The notes: generated by a model from the letters alone, not told the origin. Shown: positions 22,650 through 33,549, counted from the whole stretch's first letter. The stretch is DNA of 63,954 nt, filler included, from Aduncisulcus paluster (GCA_024181965.1; 5 parts of 5 records of this genome joined end to end with filler, not necessarily neighbours in it); one strand, 5' to 3'. A program made the numbers and translations.

Positions 22650-22911
22650 AAAAAACTGCACCCCATCCAGAATTATAAATTTTATACCATTCTTAAAAAT
22701 GTAAATTTTAATCAAATATCAAAATGGGATTTGCCATCTGTCAACTTGGGATAAATGAACCCACACGTGCTCGGAACACGGTATTCCGAAATGGAATGAT
22801 AAGAATGAACTTCGATCTGCGTTGAAACTGGAATTAAAATTTGCAACGCACACAAAACGAAGAAAATCTTCTTCTTAACTTGAAGTTCTTGTCTGGTCTA
22901 GCTTGGGGATG
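22650..22911 (-). ncRNA. Candidate structured RNA of unknown class (or structured NOL10 3' UTR)
   Basis: Several nested helices, a possible terminal helix and a following T6 run on the minus strand; no snRNA/RNase P/MRP/SRP consensus recognised (see findings). Confidence 0.3.
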
Positions 22912-22928
22912 AAAATATCAACTATGAT

Positions 22929-25047
22929 TTATTTAGAATATTTTTTCCCTGATTTTTTAGTTTTTTTCTTCCCAATTTTTGCAGCTTCTTCTTTATCTCT
23001 CCTGAAGTCAACATCTTCAAAGAGGGAAGCAAATCTCTTATCTTGAAGCAATCCTTGCCCCAATTCTTCCTCCTCGCTGTCTTCAAGCTGGTCTTGGATC
23101 TGTTTCATCTCTTCTTTTCTCTTCTTTTCCTCAAGCAACACGCGGTCAGCAAGACTCTCCGAAAGTTCTTTTTCTTTCCTCTTCTTTTTCCGTTCCTTTT
23201 CATCTTTTTTCCATTGTTTTCTATCCTTTTCAAGCTTGGCATCACGAACAAGCCGTTCATCAATATAATATCCATTCAAATAAGGCAATAAAAGCGATGT
23301 ACCGATAAGATGGGACAATCCAAGAGAAATCATATCAGCAGGGGTCAAGAAAGTGTAATCGCTGTACAAAGCATTCACTCCTACCTTCCCAAGCTTCTCG
23401 ATAGCGCCAAGGTGAGACGACGAAGCCAGAGTTTCCTCCANNNNNNNNNNNNNNNNNNNNAAGTTCTTTTTCTTTCCTCTTCTTTTTCCGTTCCTTTTCA
23501 TCTTTTTTCCATTGTTTTCTATCCTTTTCAAGCTTGGCATCACGAACAAGCCGTTCATCAATATAATATCCATTCAAATAAGGCAATAAAAGCGATGTAC
23601 CGATAAGATGGGACAATCCAAGAGAAATCATATCAGCAGGGGTCAAGAAAGTGTAATCGCTGTACAAAGCATTCACTCCTACCTTCCCAAGCTTCTCGAT
23701 AGCGCCAAGGTGAGACGACGAAGCCAGAGTTTCCTCCATCTCCATTCCAGATTGTTGGACAGCAGTTCCCATTCCAGATCCAAGCCCTTCTCTCTCTTTC
23801 TTCACGAGCTCCAGCGATGCAGCCCACGACGGCGCTGGGGCAATTGTTGAGGAGAGCACCGTTTGAATCTGCTTTGTTTGGCGAGCAACGAAAAACATTC
23901 CAGAGCCAGGATATACGCATACATCATTGATGTGAGCCATGTGCTGAGTCTGTTTTTTGAGAGCTCCCTGCATGCGAGGCTCATATACGAATAGAGGTCT
24001 TTTCTCACCATATCTCTCACATTCAGAGACACACCAGGTCTTAAAACTGAATCTATCAGAGGAAAATAAGAGAGCGCCGGGAGTTGAACCCAAGGATGTT
24101 GATATAGAAGAAAATGAAGGGTCACTTGTACCAATAGCAGACGAAGAACTTGGGATTGATGATTTCCCGCGTACATCCTCCATACCATCAAAGTCTTCCT
24201 CACCGAGTTCTTTAAGATGTCCTGCCGCCAGCTCTTTATCTTGCTCTTCGAGCTCGGCCTGAATAACGGGTTGTTGACTCCAAGACAAAGAAATTATTTC
24301 AGAATCGTACCCTTGGTCCAAAGTAAACAATGGCTTGGAGGAACGGAGATCAAAACATGAAACACATCCACCTTTTGTTCCAACAGCAAGTTTTAATCCA
24401 CTTGGATGCATTGAAACAACCGAAGGTATCGTTGAAAGGTGATTGTCAGAAGATAGATATGATGCTGGTAAAGTAGCTGAAACATCGAGTAAACCAACCC
24501 TTTTTTGTACTCTTGGATCAAAACATTCAACATATCCGCATTCAGTTCCGATGGCAACGAGACCATGCACATCAGACCAAGAAACACATGTTCCAGCGGC
24601 AAAAGGTGAAGTAAGTCTTTGGACACGATGCAAAGGTTGTGATAATTCGTAAGATCGAAGGAAAGAACCCTTCGTTAATGATAATCTATACAACTCTGGA
24701 CTAGAAGCCGCAATAAGCAATTCAGCATGGGCTTCATCAAATTCTAATTGTCTAGGAACCTCAGGGATTCGCGTTTTATAATGAAATCCTCCTTTAGTAT
24801 GAAATTCAATGTTCCTATCAGCTTCTGCAAAGACTATTTTGTCAGCATTCTCTGAAAGGATATAAAAGTCTACAATATCACTATCGGTAGTTCTTGAAAC
24901 TTTTAATGAAAGATTATTCACATCAAATATTTTATATTGTGGAGGGTAACGTCCTATCGTAACAATATGTCTACCATCAGGAGAAACCTTCACTTTCTGA
25001 CATTCCCCTGGGAACTGAAAATTCTGAATCAATGAATTCGATATCAT
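22929..25047 (-). CDS. NOL10: Nucleolar protein 10 (NOL10/Enp2), WD40 + NUC153; split by gap 23441-23460 with duplicated overlap
   Basis: LIQNFQFP..CQKVKVSPDG, GRYPPQYKIFDVNNLSLK, IEFHTKGGFHYKTRIP, APAPSWAASLE, YSDYTFLT, LIGTSLLLPYLNGYYID and NUC153-like DKRFASLFEDVDF. 23163-23440 is repeated at 23461-23738. Confidence 0.93.
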
Positions 25048-25369
25048 CGATTTTTATAAAGCTATATTCAGTCAAAAGGGGAGAAAGATTGATTGATTCT
25101 AGCACAAACAAATAATTAATCTACAAGGATTTTATTGCATAATATAACAATATAATTAAGGATATATAATGATTTTTAGATTTATATATTGTCATAATGG
25201 GAAATTCCGGAGATAAATCCCTATGCTGATTACAGAGGTTATTATGACGAATAATATTTATCATGAGTAAGATGTTACCAGATTTGTCCAAAAAATAATT
25301 GATTTGCCGACATTTTTCATTTGGAAAAAATATCAACAAAATGGTTTTGTTTGAGCTGTCATTCTAATC

Positions 25370-26065
25370 ATGGAGAGTGGGAAACGACGTTTTAGTGAGA
25401 AAGATACCGATAAGGAGAAAGATAGAAGGGATCGTGCAAAATCTATCCGGGTAGAACAATGTGAAGATGGATTCACTCGGGTTTATTTAGATTTTGATAA
25501 AGAGGCTTATAATAAGGGATTCAGATTTGTAAATGCAATATTAGGACCAGGAGCCACATTCATGAAGTGGATTTCGCATAAGTGTGGCGTAAAATCTTTT
25601 GTTAGTGGAAGGTACTCAAAATATGTCGATGATCAAGTCACAAACATAAAAATATCCGGAGATTCGGCAATCAAAGTTAGAAAAGCTGTTAAATATGCTC
25701 AAGATCTGGTTTTGCAAGTGAAGGAAGATTTTGATGATTATTTAAAAAATGGACCCACACAACCTCAAGGCTCCAGTTCGAGTTATTCTCGGGGTGATTC
25801 TCGCCCTTCATATGGTGTAGGTAGTCGTTGGGACCATCATCCAGGTAGATATGGAGATAGATACGACAGAGGACAATCCAGAGGTTCATATTCAGATCGC
25901 GGATCTGGGGATAGAATGGGTCATCAACAGAAGAGATTGCATTCTTATGATAGATCATATGATAATCCTGTGGATAGAATGTCAAAAGCTCCTCCTCCTC
26001 AAATTAAACAACAATCGTCTTCTATGGATCAGTATGTTGGTTTCCTTGATGAACTTGGGGATTAA
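25370..26065 (+). CDS. KH-domain RNA-binding protein (SF1/KHDC4-type maxi-KH) with R/S/G/D/Y-rich tail
   Basis: FRFVNAILGPGATFMKWISHKCGVKSFVSGRYS and KAVKYAQDLVLQV resemble the KHDC4/BLOM7 and SF1 KH domain. Confidence 0.7.
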   Translation: MESGKRRFSEKDTDKEKDRRDRAKSIRVEQCEDGFTRVYLDFDKEAYNKGFRFVNAILGPGATFMKWISHKCGVKSFVSGRYSKYVDDQVTNIKISGDSAIKVRKAVKYAQDLVLQVKEDFDDYLKNGPTQPQGSSSSYSRGDSRPSYGVGSRWDHHPGRYGDRYDRGQSRGSYSDRGSGDRMGHQQKRLHSYDRSYDNPVDRMSKAPPPQIKQQSSSMDQYVGFLDELGD

Positions 26066-26560
26066 TTCCAATATTACAGAGGATATTATTTTGTAAATAA
26101 ATTATTTCTGNNNNNNNNNNNNNNNNNNNNAAAAGCTGTTAAATATGCTCAAGATCTGGTTTTGCAAGTGAAGGAAGATTTTGATGATTATTTAAAAAAT
26201 GGACCCACACAACCTCAAGGCTCCAGTTCGAGTTATTCTCGGGGTGATTCTCGCACTTCATATGGTGTAGGTAGTCGTTGGGACCATCATCCAGGTAGAT
26301 ATGGAGATAGATACGACAGAGGACAATCCAGAGGTTCATATTCAGATCGCGGATCTGGGGATAGAATGGGTCATCAACAGAAGAGATTGCATTCTTATGA
26401 TAGATCATATGATAATCCTGTGGATAGAATGTCAAAAGCTCCTCCTCCTCAAATTAAACAACAATCGTCTTCTATGGATCAGTATGTTGGTTTCCTTGAT
26501 GAACTTGGGGATTAATTCCAATATTACAGAGGATATTATTTTGTAAATAAATTATTTCTG
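25681..26560. repeat. Duplicated overlap across the gap 26111-26130 (ORF 26162..26515 is a redundant copy)
   Basis: 25681-26110 equals 26131-26560 apart from one substitution noticed (CCT/ACT). Confidence 0.88.
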
Positions 26561-26657
26561 ATTATTATTTTTCTCTCATCAAACGGAATTCGTTTTGTCT
26601 GCAAAACTTGTTTGTTTCTTGTCATTCACGCAATACAAAGATTCCTAATATTTAGAA

Positions 26658-28643
26658 ATGGATATTGATAATGATGTAGAAGATTTTTCTGACATCGATA
26701 CAGATTTTGAAAGTGCTGTTTCAGCCTATATTCGTGCTGCAACTGGTCTCACAACAAAGGTTGATGTTAGCGGAATACAACATTATAGAACTGCATGTAG
26801 AAAACTTGAAATACTTCCTTCTTCATCTGTTGAACAAGAATTGAGGAGTGTCGATCGTCAAGGTGGTAAGAAAACAGATTTCAATTTTCGCTCGGTTTAT
26901 TTGGGCCCTGAAGGAGGTAAATCGATTGCTGAGGTACTTCAGATCGTTGATATGAAAAAGATTAACTTTTCTGGATGTGCTCTTTTTGGTGAAGGTGTCG
27001 AAGCTGTTGTCCAAGGTGTGTTAAAAAAAGACGATGTTGAAGACCTTGATTTCTCCGATAATTCATTTGGTAAAGACCATAAGCTACAACCATTTACCCA
27101 AGAACAGCTTGATGCTTTGAAGGTAGAAGAAGAACGGAAGAAAGCGAGAAAGCGTGAAATTGCAAAATTATTAAAGAAAAATCCCAGAATGAAACCCGAA
27201 GATTTTGATAAACCTGCAGGAGGAGATGATCCTGATGATATTGGTGCTGCAATTGATGTTAGCGGAATACAACATTATAGAACTGCATGTAGAAAACTTG
27301 AAATACTTCCTTCTTCATCTGTTGAACAAGAATTGAGGAGTGTCGATCGTCAAGGTGGTAAGAAAACAGATTTCAATTTTCGCTCGGTTTATTTGGGCCC
27401 TGAAGGAGGTAAATCGATTGCTGAGGTACTTCAGATCGTTGATATGAAAAAGATTAACTTTTCTGGATGTGCTCTTTTTGGTGAAGGTGTCGAAGCTGTT
27501 GTCCAAGGTGTGTTAAAAAAAGACGATGTTGAAGACCTTGATTTCTCCGATAATTCATTTGGTAAAGACCATAAGCTACAACCATTTACCCAAGAACAGC
27601 TTGATGCTTTGAAGGTAGAAGAAGAAGAACGGAAGAAAGCGAGAAAGCGTGAAATTGCAAAATTATTAAAGAAAAATCCCAGAATGAAACCCGAAGATTT
27701 TGATAAACCTGCAGGAGGAGATGATCCTGATGATATTGGTGCTGCAATTAAGAAAGATTTCCACGAGTTTCAAGTTACTTGTGAAAGTCAGGGAGTTAGA
27801 GCCATTTCTCTCCTTGTGAATCAGTGTAGATCACTCAAAGCCCTTAAAATATCCAGGAATGGGATTAATGATGCCGGTGCAATTCAAATCATGGAGTCTT
27901 GTGATCATGCTGGCCGTTTGACTTCTATTGATTTGTCTCATAACGAACTCTCTGACAAAAGCTTTGAAATAATCCTCAAAACACTTCAAGAACTTGTTGT
28001 CTCATCTATATCTCTTAATAACAATAAGATACGTGGTCTGTGCTGTTCCTCGTTGCTCAAACATGTCAGATATCTCACAACTATTGATTTATCCACCAAT
28101 CCACTTGAAGACGATGGTGGAATGAGTGTTTTGAAGTGCCTTATTCCGGGAACACCATGGTTCTGTGAAACCCTGACCAAGCTATCTCTTTCTGAGTGTG
28201 GTCTGAAGAAAGGGTCAGCCGAGTGTCTCAAGGCTATTATTAGTTCCAATTCTTCTCCATCCTTAGAGATTGATGTATCAAAGAATCCCTTTAAGCTCGC
28301 TGATATGAATACAATATGTGAGGCCGTCATTCAACGAGGAGGCATTCCCACGTATGATGAGGAAGGGAACATGGTTGCCAGCGCTGTTCCCAAACATGAA
28401 CCCCTCGCTGCCTTAGCACTTCAGGGAATAACTATAACATATGATGACTATTCAACCATTACCAGAGCTTGTGAGGCATACGATGGAGCAGACAAGGCCG
28501 GAGTTGGTGTCATTGCACTTTATGTTGACGCTCCATCTGCAGTTGCTCGGGATCCACATGAATTCGATGATCTAGAGACAGAAGAAAAGGAAGCGAATAA
28601 GGAACCTCCAAAGAAGGGGAAGAAAAGTAGAAAGGGAAAATGA
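26658..28643 (+). CDS. RNI-like leucine-rich repeat protein (LRRC74-like), containing an in-frame ~492-bp duplication
   Basis: YRTACRKLEILPSS N-terminal block and LRRs (LDFSDNSF, LKISRNGI, IDLSHNEL, IDLSTNPL, LSLSECGL). 26761-27252 is repeated at 27253-27747 with one extra Glu codon. Confidence 0.8.
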   Translation: MDIDNDVEDFSDIDTDFESAVSAYIRAATGLTTKVDVSGIQHYRTACRKLEILPSSSVEQELRSVDRQGGKKTDFNFRSVYLGPEGGKSIAEVLQIVDMKKINFSGCALFGEGVEAVVQGVLKKDDVEDLDFSDNSFGKDHKLQPFTQEQLDALKVEEERKKARKREIAKLLKKNPRMKPEDFDKPAGGDDPDDIGAAIDVSGIQHYRTACRKLEILPSSSVEQELRSVDRQGGKKTDFNFRSVYLGPEGGKSIAEVLQIVDMKKINFSGCALFGEGVEAVVQGVLKKDDVEDLDFSDNSFGKDHKLQPFTQEQLDALKVEEEERKKARKREIAKLLKKNPRMKPEDFDKPAGGDDPDDIGAAIKKDFHEFQVTCESQGVRAISLLVNQCRSLKALKISRNGINDAGAIQIMESCDHAGRLTSIDLSHNELSDKSFEIILKTLQELVVSSISLNNNKIRGLCCSSLLKHVRYLTTIDLSTNPLEDDGGMSVLKCLIPGTPWFCETLTKLSLSECGLKKGSAECLKAIISSNSSPSLEIDVSKNPFKLADMNTICEAVIQRGGIPTYDEEGNMVASAVPKHEPLAALALQGITITYDDYSTITRACEAYDGADKAGVGVIALYVDAPSAVARDPHEFDDLETEEKEANKEPPKKGKKSRKGK

Positions 28644-28710
28644 ATTATTTGAAATTCTTGTATTTTGATTATTTAATAACCTATTTATGAATTTATTTGT
28701 GATATCATAT

Positions 28711-28774
28711 CATGTCCACTGGACATGCAGTGTTGAGGAAACGCAGTCACTGCGCCGCAGTGCATTAAATGCAC
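28711..28774. repeat. Cluster of four perfect inverted repeats with 1-nt spacers, three of them interlocking
   Basis: CATGTCCA-c-TGGACATG, CGCAGT-c-ACTGCG, CACTGCG-c-CGCAGTG, GTGCATT-a-AATGCAC. Confidence 0.9.
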
Positions 28775-29020
28775 CCCGTTCCAAAATTTTCTTTATAATT
28801 CTTTTCAACCGAGATTAGTTCAATTTCATGAAGATTCTTCAGAAGAACCGATGAGAGAATTTTATAAACTTTTAAATTAAACACAATAAAACAATAATAA
28901 TTCATGGTTGAACTGTATTAATAACGACATGTGTTGATTCGATGATCATTTCAAAATGATCCATCACTAGTCAGATCTCATTAGAAACAAGGAGTTTGAA
29001 ACAACCGTTTTGTCTGATTA

Positions 29021-31195
29021 TCATTTTTTTGAATCCCAAACCTGAATAGAAGGGGTTTCCAATTCATCAGTAATTGGAGTGGATTGAACAACTTGGATGG
29101 ATTGGTCGAAATCTTTTCCAAATTTTGGAATGTATTCGAGTTCATCATTTTCAAATTTCTTACAGGCTTCAACCATGGTCATTCTTTCTTCAACATCATT
29201 ATTGATCAGGCCATAGAATACTTCAACAATAGTCTCTTGAATTGACGTTGCTAACTTCGGTTTGTGCCTTCTGAGTTTGCTTAATTTTTTGTAAGTCTTG
29301 GTTTCTTCAATCCTTGGAAATGACATGTTGGACTTCCCTTCTTCAAGAATTGAAATAATCTCATTAATTATTATTTTGGGATGTTTGCGATAATCTACAT
29401 CCTGAAGAGGGAGCGATTCATCCATAAGAGAGTAAATACACATTCCCATGGCATAATTATCACTTTTCTTGGAGTATTCCCCACTTTTGAGACACTCAAG
29501 TGCATTGTATGGAAGTGTTCCAACAATTGTACGACCGTGATCATCAGATTGACTCTGAGCTCTAAGGTCGGAAAGACCCAAATCACACACAACAATGTTA
29601 CATTTGGAATCGGCAATTCTCACCAAAAGGTTTTCAGGCTTCAAATCTTTGTGAATGAATTCCATTTTCTTCATTTTTTGGAGATCTCTTAAACATTCAA
29701 GCATTTCTTTAATGGCTGAAACGATTTTTAGTGCATCTCCTTTGGCCCAATGTTTCAAAAATTCAACCAAGTTCCCTCCTTTGCATAGTTCCATACCAAA
29801 ACCGACATTTCCAAGTTTGTCGAGTTGGTGGAAAAAATACATGGGCCTTGGAATTCGATGGAAGACATCCGGGTGATTAAACATTGTCCGTTGTAAAATA
29901 AACTCTTTTTTGCATGCCTCAATTTGTTTGTCGCCAGGATTCTTAAGTACTTTCAAGACAAGCTCATTGCCATTAATTTTGACAATAAAAGCGGCTCCGA
30001 ACCCACCAACTGCAATTAATCCAACCCACTCAATACATTCTTTATCAGCGGAGAGACTTTCATCAATATCTTCAATTTCAGGACCTTCCATGAGTTGGAG
30101 TTCAATTGACATCATTGTAAATGAAGCAACAAAGGTTCGCTTCTTGCCTTTCCTCCTCTTTTTTTCCGTTTCTGACTTCTTTTTATGCACGGCTTCAGTA
30201 GCTTCGAAGAAGATGGAAACACTTCCAAGAGATTTCGACATAGAGATAGCCGATGGCTTGAGAATAGAAACAATTTCCGTGCATAAATCCCTCACTTTCT
30301 TGTCTTCCCTAAAGTTACAGACCATTTGAATATAATGAACTCGAGCCAATATGTGATCAATACGTTTGGACCAAATCTCAAGGAATTCAGAGTCGATTTT
30401 CCCTTCTAATTTCTGAACAAGAACAGGACAAAACCGTCTCGTCATTCCGCACCAATCTCGTATCATAAATTTCTGTTTCGGATCAGTTGCAGCCCGATGA
30501 ATGGCATTATCAAACCACACACTAGGAAATCCAGACTCACACAGGAATATTGGGCTAACTGCCAGCTTTGATGTAATGTCTGTCGATAATTTTAACGGAT
30601 CATTTGGGAAAATCTCATATAGTATATCTTTGGCGGCATCAGGATCAAGACAAATCGTACCAATATATGGGTTTAATTTCCAGGCAACTTCAACACTATT
30701 AGGTTCACGGAGCTTCTCCATAATCTTCTCAGTTAGTTCTTTATGGATGAATTTCAATCGTCTATTAGGCATTCTTGCAGTAACAATTGCCAACAAATCA
30801 AAAACATGTCCAATGGCTGTAGACGATTCACTATTTTTGAGGATAAATTCAAGAGGACTCAGTAATTCACGTCCAGGAACAACATGACGGAATTTTCGGC
30901 ACAAAAAATAAAACATTTTCTTGATGGGATACTCCTCCCCTTTCTTTGCCAATTCTTTTTCTTCTTCTTCAGTGGGTCTATATTGCATATCTACCATATC
31001 AAACGCCAGATAAGCGAACCTGGAAACGATATATTCATTGGATGGGAAACATAATGTGGCCTTGAAAATTTCGGTTCGAAGGTTGTAGAAATTATTTTCC
31101 TCAAATTGTCTCAATACCCGCTCAGGACAAAATCTTACGTCAATAAGTGCCATTAAACGGGAGAATATTGCCAAAATTAGCTCAACCGTTTTACC
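29021..31195 (-). CDS. Divergent Ser/Thr-type protein kinase with long helical N-terminal region, 5'-truncated by contig end
   Basis: GGFG loop, VLK, IHKDLKPEN, CDLGLS, GTLPYNALE, KSDNYAMG. Frame remains open upstream of 31174 (VKTVELI) to a chimeric contig tail. Confidence 0.92.
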   Translation of the reverse strand, partial: GKTVELILAIFSRLMALIDVRFCPERVLRQFEENNFYNLRTEIFKATLCFPSNEYIVSRFAYLAFDMVDMQYRPTEEEEKELAKKGEEYPIKKMFYFLCRKFRHVVPGRELLSPLEFILKNSESSTAIGHVFDLLAIVTARMPNRRLKFIHKELTEKIMEKLREPNSVEVAWKLNPYIGTICLDPDAAKDILYEIFPNDPLKLSTDITSKLAVSPIFLCESGFPSVWFDNAIHRAATDPKQKFMIRDWCGMTRRFCPVLVQKLEGKIDSEFLEIWSKRIDHILARVHYIQMVCNFREDKKVRDLCTEIVSILKPSAISMSKSLGSVSIFFEATEAVHKKKSETEKKRRKGKKRTFVASFTMMSIELQLMEGPEIEDIDESLSADKECIEWVGLIAVGGFGAAFIVKINGNELVLKVLKNPGDKQIEACKKEFILQRTMFNHPDVFHRIPRPMYFFHQLDKLGNVGFGMELCKGGNLVEFLKHWAKGDALKIVSAIKEMLECLRDLQKMKKMEFIHKDLKPENLLVRIADSKCNIVVCDLGLSDLRAQSQSDDHGRTIVGTLPYNALECLKSGEYSKKSDNYAMGMCIYSLMDESLPLQDVDYRKHPKIIINEIISILEEGKSNMSFPRIEETKTYKKLSKLRRHKPKLATSIQETIVEVFYGLINNDVEERMTMVEACKKFENDELEYIPKFGKDFDQSIQVVQSTPITDELETPSIQVWDSKK

Positions 31196-31222
31196 TAAGA
31201 AAGATTTCCACGAGTTTCAAGT

Positions 31223-31322
31223 NNNNNNNNNNNNNNNNNNNNNNNNNNNNNNNNNNNNNNNNNNNNTTAATTAATTAANNNNNNNNNNNNNNNNNNNNNN
31301 NNNNNNNNNNNNNNNNNNNNNN
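31223..31322. other. Artificial contig spacer N44-TTAATTAATTAA-N44
   Basis: 100-nt spacer with a six-frame stop linker; the same spacer occurs four times. Confidence 0.97.
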
Positions 31323-31740
31323 TCAAGTCATAATTAACCACTATACTCCAAAGTATTGTGGAATATTCAAGAAATATGTTGAAAAATGATTACAATCCTG
31401 TATTCGTGGTTCTCCAAACTCTAATCACCCTTGCCAACGAACAATCAATAAATCCCTCAGATCCGCTGTAAAAGTATGTTCTAAACTCTTGTAGAAACTC
31501 ATTAAATGCTTTATTTTGGAAGTTTACAAACTTCAATGTCACAGCCAAATTCGAAAAAACATCTCTTTCATCTCAGATTGATGTCATATCATGAACGACA
31601 AAGGAAGGTAATGACTTGATGAGTTACAATTAAATAAGAAGCCGATGATTAAAATGCTTGAGATATGTAAGAATTGCAAGGTAAAAGAAAGAAAATAAGA
31701 CATAATATGAAGGCTAAACACAAGTATAAATGATGGATGT

Positions 31741-31765
31741 CTAAAAATAGATTTTCTAAAAATAG
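31741..31765. promoter_or_regulatory. Double CTA(A/T)4TAG element (MEF2-type consensus)
   Basis: CTAAAAATAG-ATTTT-CTAAAAATAG; same composite at 50377-50401. Confidence 0.45.
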
Positions 31766-31851
31766 ATTTGAGTTTCCTATTTCTCATTTTTTTGGAATAA
31801 TATCCCCCCTTTAAATCGAAATTCCAATGATATAGGATTATGTGATTGAAA

Positions 31852-33549
31852 TTAGACAAATAGTTTGCTATAATCGAGAGGAACACTCATAGTTACCCCG
31901 CCTCGTTCAATTGATCCCTCGATAGCCCCATCATCGTCTTCCAAAGACCTTTCTTCCTTTTTATATTCGTCTCTGACTGTCCTCACTCTTTCGATTGCTC
32001 TCTTCATATCATCCAATGCCAAATGTTTAGCATAGTGATGCCAATACAGTTTCTTGCCGAACAACCGATCAATTTTCTCAAGGGCTATATCTAGTGTATT
32101 TGTAATGGCAGTCGAATTTGATAGAGAGAGGAAAGAGTAGGGCAACTCGACACACTCACCTTGATGCCACCTTACAGCTCCTTGGGAACACACACCAACC
32201 TTAAATCCATCAACAGCCCAAATAGGCATCTTCATTCGACCCCTTTGTTTCTCAATACACCAACTCATATCCTCAACACACACACGGGCCCCTCTCCCGA
32301 ACACACCACAGGACAAAGTGCACGCAGATTGGAAATACGACAATCGAGTTCTTCCTAATGACCCTCCTGTCTTACTCCCTGGTTTCACAGCTGGCCCAGA
32401 AGATGAAGCTGCATCGCTGCACATGCAACAATCTCGCGAAAAGACAGAAAGACACGCTTCCCGTAAAGACAGAGGAAGTGTCCTTGGAGATAGTGGAGAT
32501 AACGAAGGAATAAGGAGATTTAACGAAGAGAATGGGACCATATTAGTATTCAATTCACTTATATCAACATTCAATTCACCTCCATATCTCATTCCGGCAG
32601 TAATGTCACACAAAACACTGGCAATCGTTCCATTAATAAAACCATAGGGCGTTTCCTCGGGTTCATCGGACGTTGCTATTGTCTTGGATGCTGCAGAACT
32701 GGTCGGCGATACATCCTTGAATAACGAGGGAGAAAATGTTTTCAGAGATTGTGGGATATCTTTGCTTTTCAAGATAGGACTGTAAGCCTCTCCAAATGCA
32801 TATTTCAATGGGGAAGATTTAGTAGTGATTGTCCGATCTCTTGCTCTTCTCGGAATCTTTTTAATTCGATGTGCAATTCGTTCGATCTGTTCATTTTCAA
32901 AGGGCAGGATAACATCAGCTGTCTCCATCAAGTGAGAAAGAGAAAGTATACAATTATAAGGGGAGGTAATGACATCATCCGAATGAACATTTGGAACAAC
33001 GGACGCAGAGACTCGAGTGAGTTCAGGGAAGAGATCTTTCACACATTCCAAAACTCTCACGCCAAGTCCACTTCCGGTACCCCCACCCAAAGAATGCAGA
33101 AGAAACACACTCTGAGGACTATCACACAGATCTAATTGCTTCCGAAGATGATCCTCGATTGACCTTGCATGCTTCTCTCCATATTCAACATATCCACAGG
33201 CCCAATTATTTCCAGAACCGCTACCAGTGACATCATCAAGACGGTAATCAGCCGTAAATAAATCTTGTAAGGGCCCTTGTAACAAACGATTTAGAACTCC
33301 CTCTTCCATATCAATGAGAACTGCCCTAGCTTTGAGTTTTCGAACTTTATCACCTCCACTCGAACCATAGTATCCATCTTTTATCTTTAGATGAGCCCCC
33401 TCAATCACGTCAGATGTATTATGAAAAAAAGTAGATAGAGATTCTCCTTGTGGATGAAAGGCCTGCTCAATAAGGCATTGACGCCAAAAATCACAGCCAA
33501 GTTGGTTTCCACATTGCCCTACTTGAACGATAATACATTCATGAGGCAT
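31852..33549 (-). CDS. TUBE1: Epsilon-tubulin
   Basis: MPHECIIVQVGQCGNQLG, LKARAVLIDMEEGV, GSGNNWA, HSLGGGTGSGLG and DDVITSPYN are epsilon-tubulin blocks; true start is probably the ATG at 33549. Confidence 0.93.
   Translation of the reverse strand: MPHECIIVQVGQCGNQLGCDFWRQCLIEQAFHPQGESLSTFFHNTSDVIEGAHLKIKDGYYGSSGGDKVRKLKARAVLIDMEEGVLNRLLQGPLQDLFTADYRLDDVTGSGSGNNWACGYVEYGEKHARSIEDHLRKQLDLCDSPQSVFLLHSLGGGTGSGLGVRVLECVKDLFPELTRVSASVVPNVHSDDVITSPYNCILSLSHLMETADVILPFENEQIERIAHRIKKIPRRARDRTITTKSSPLKYAFGEAYSPILKSKDIPQSLKTFSPSLFKDVSPTSSAASKTIATSDEPEETPYGFINGTIASVLCDITAGMRYGGELNVDISELNTNMVPFSSLNLLIPSLSPLSPRTLPLSLREACLSVFSRDCCMCSDAASSSGPAVKPGSKTGGSLGRTRLSYFQSACTLSCGVFGRGARVCVEDMSWCIEKQRGRMKMPIWAVDGFKVGVCSQGAVRWHQGECVELPYSFLSLSNSTAITNTLDIALEKIDRLFGKKLYWHHYAKHLALDDMKRAIERVRTVRDEYKKEERSLEDDDGAIEGSIERGGVTMSVPLDYSKLFV

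Noticed and set aside
26162-26515. Second KH-tail gene; likewise ORFs 8813..9913, 10666..10872 and 22929..23573 as separate genes
   Set aside because: Redundant or split pieces created by duplicated overlaps at 20-N gaps.
31267-31278. TTAATTAATTAA repeated four times in the window as a possible biological element
   Set aside because: Always centred in exactly 100 nt with 44 Ns each side; an artificial six-frame-stop linker.
31392-31589. Minus-strand ATG ACA TCA ATC TGA followed by ~60 open codons as a selenoprotein or recoded gene
   Set aside because: No recognisable homology or SECIS; TGA serves as a normal stop elsewhere in the window.
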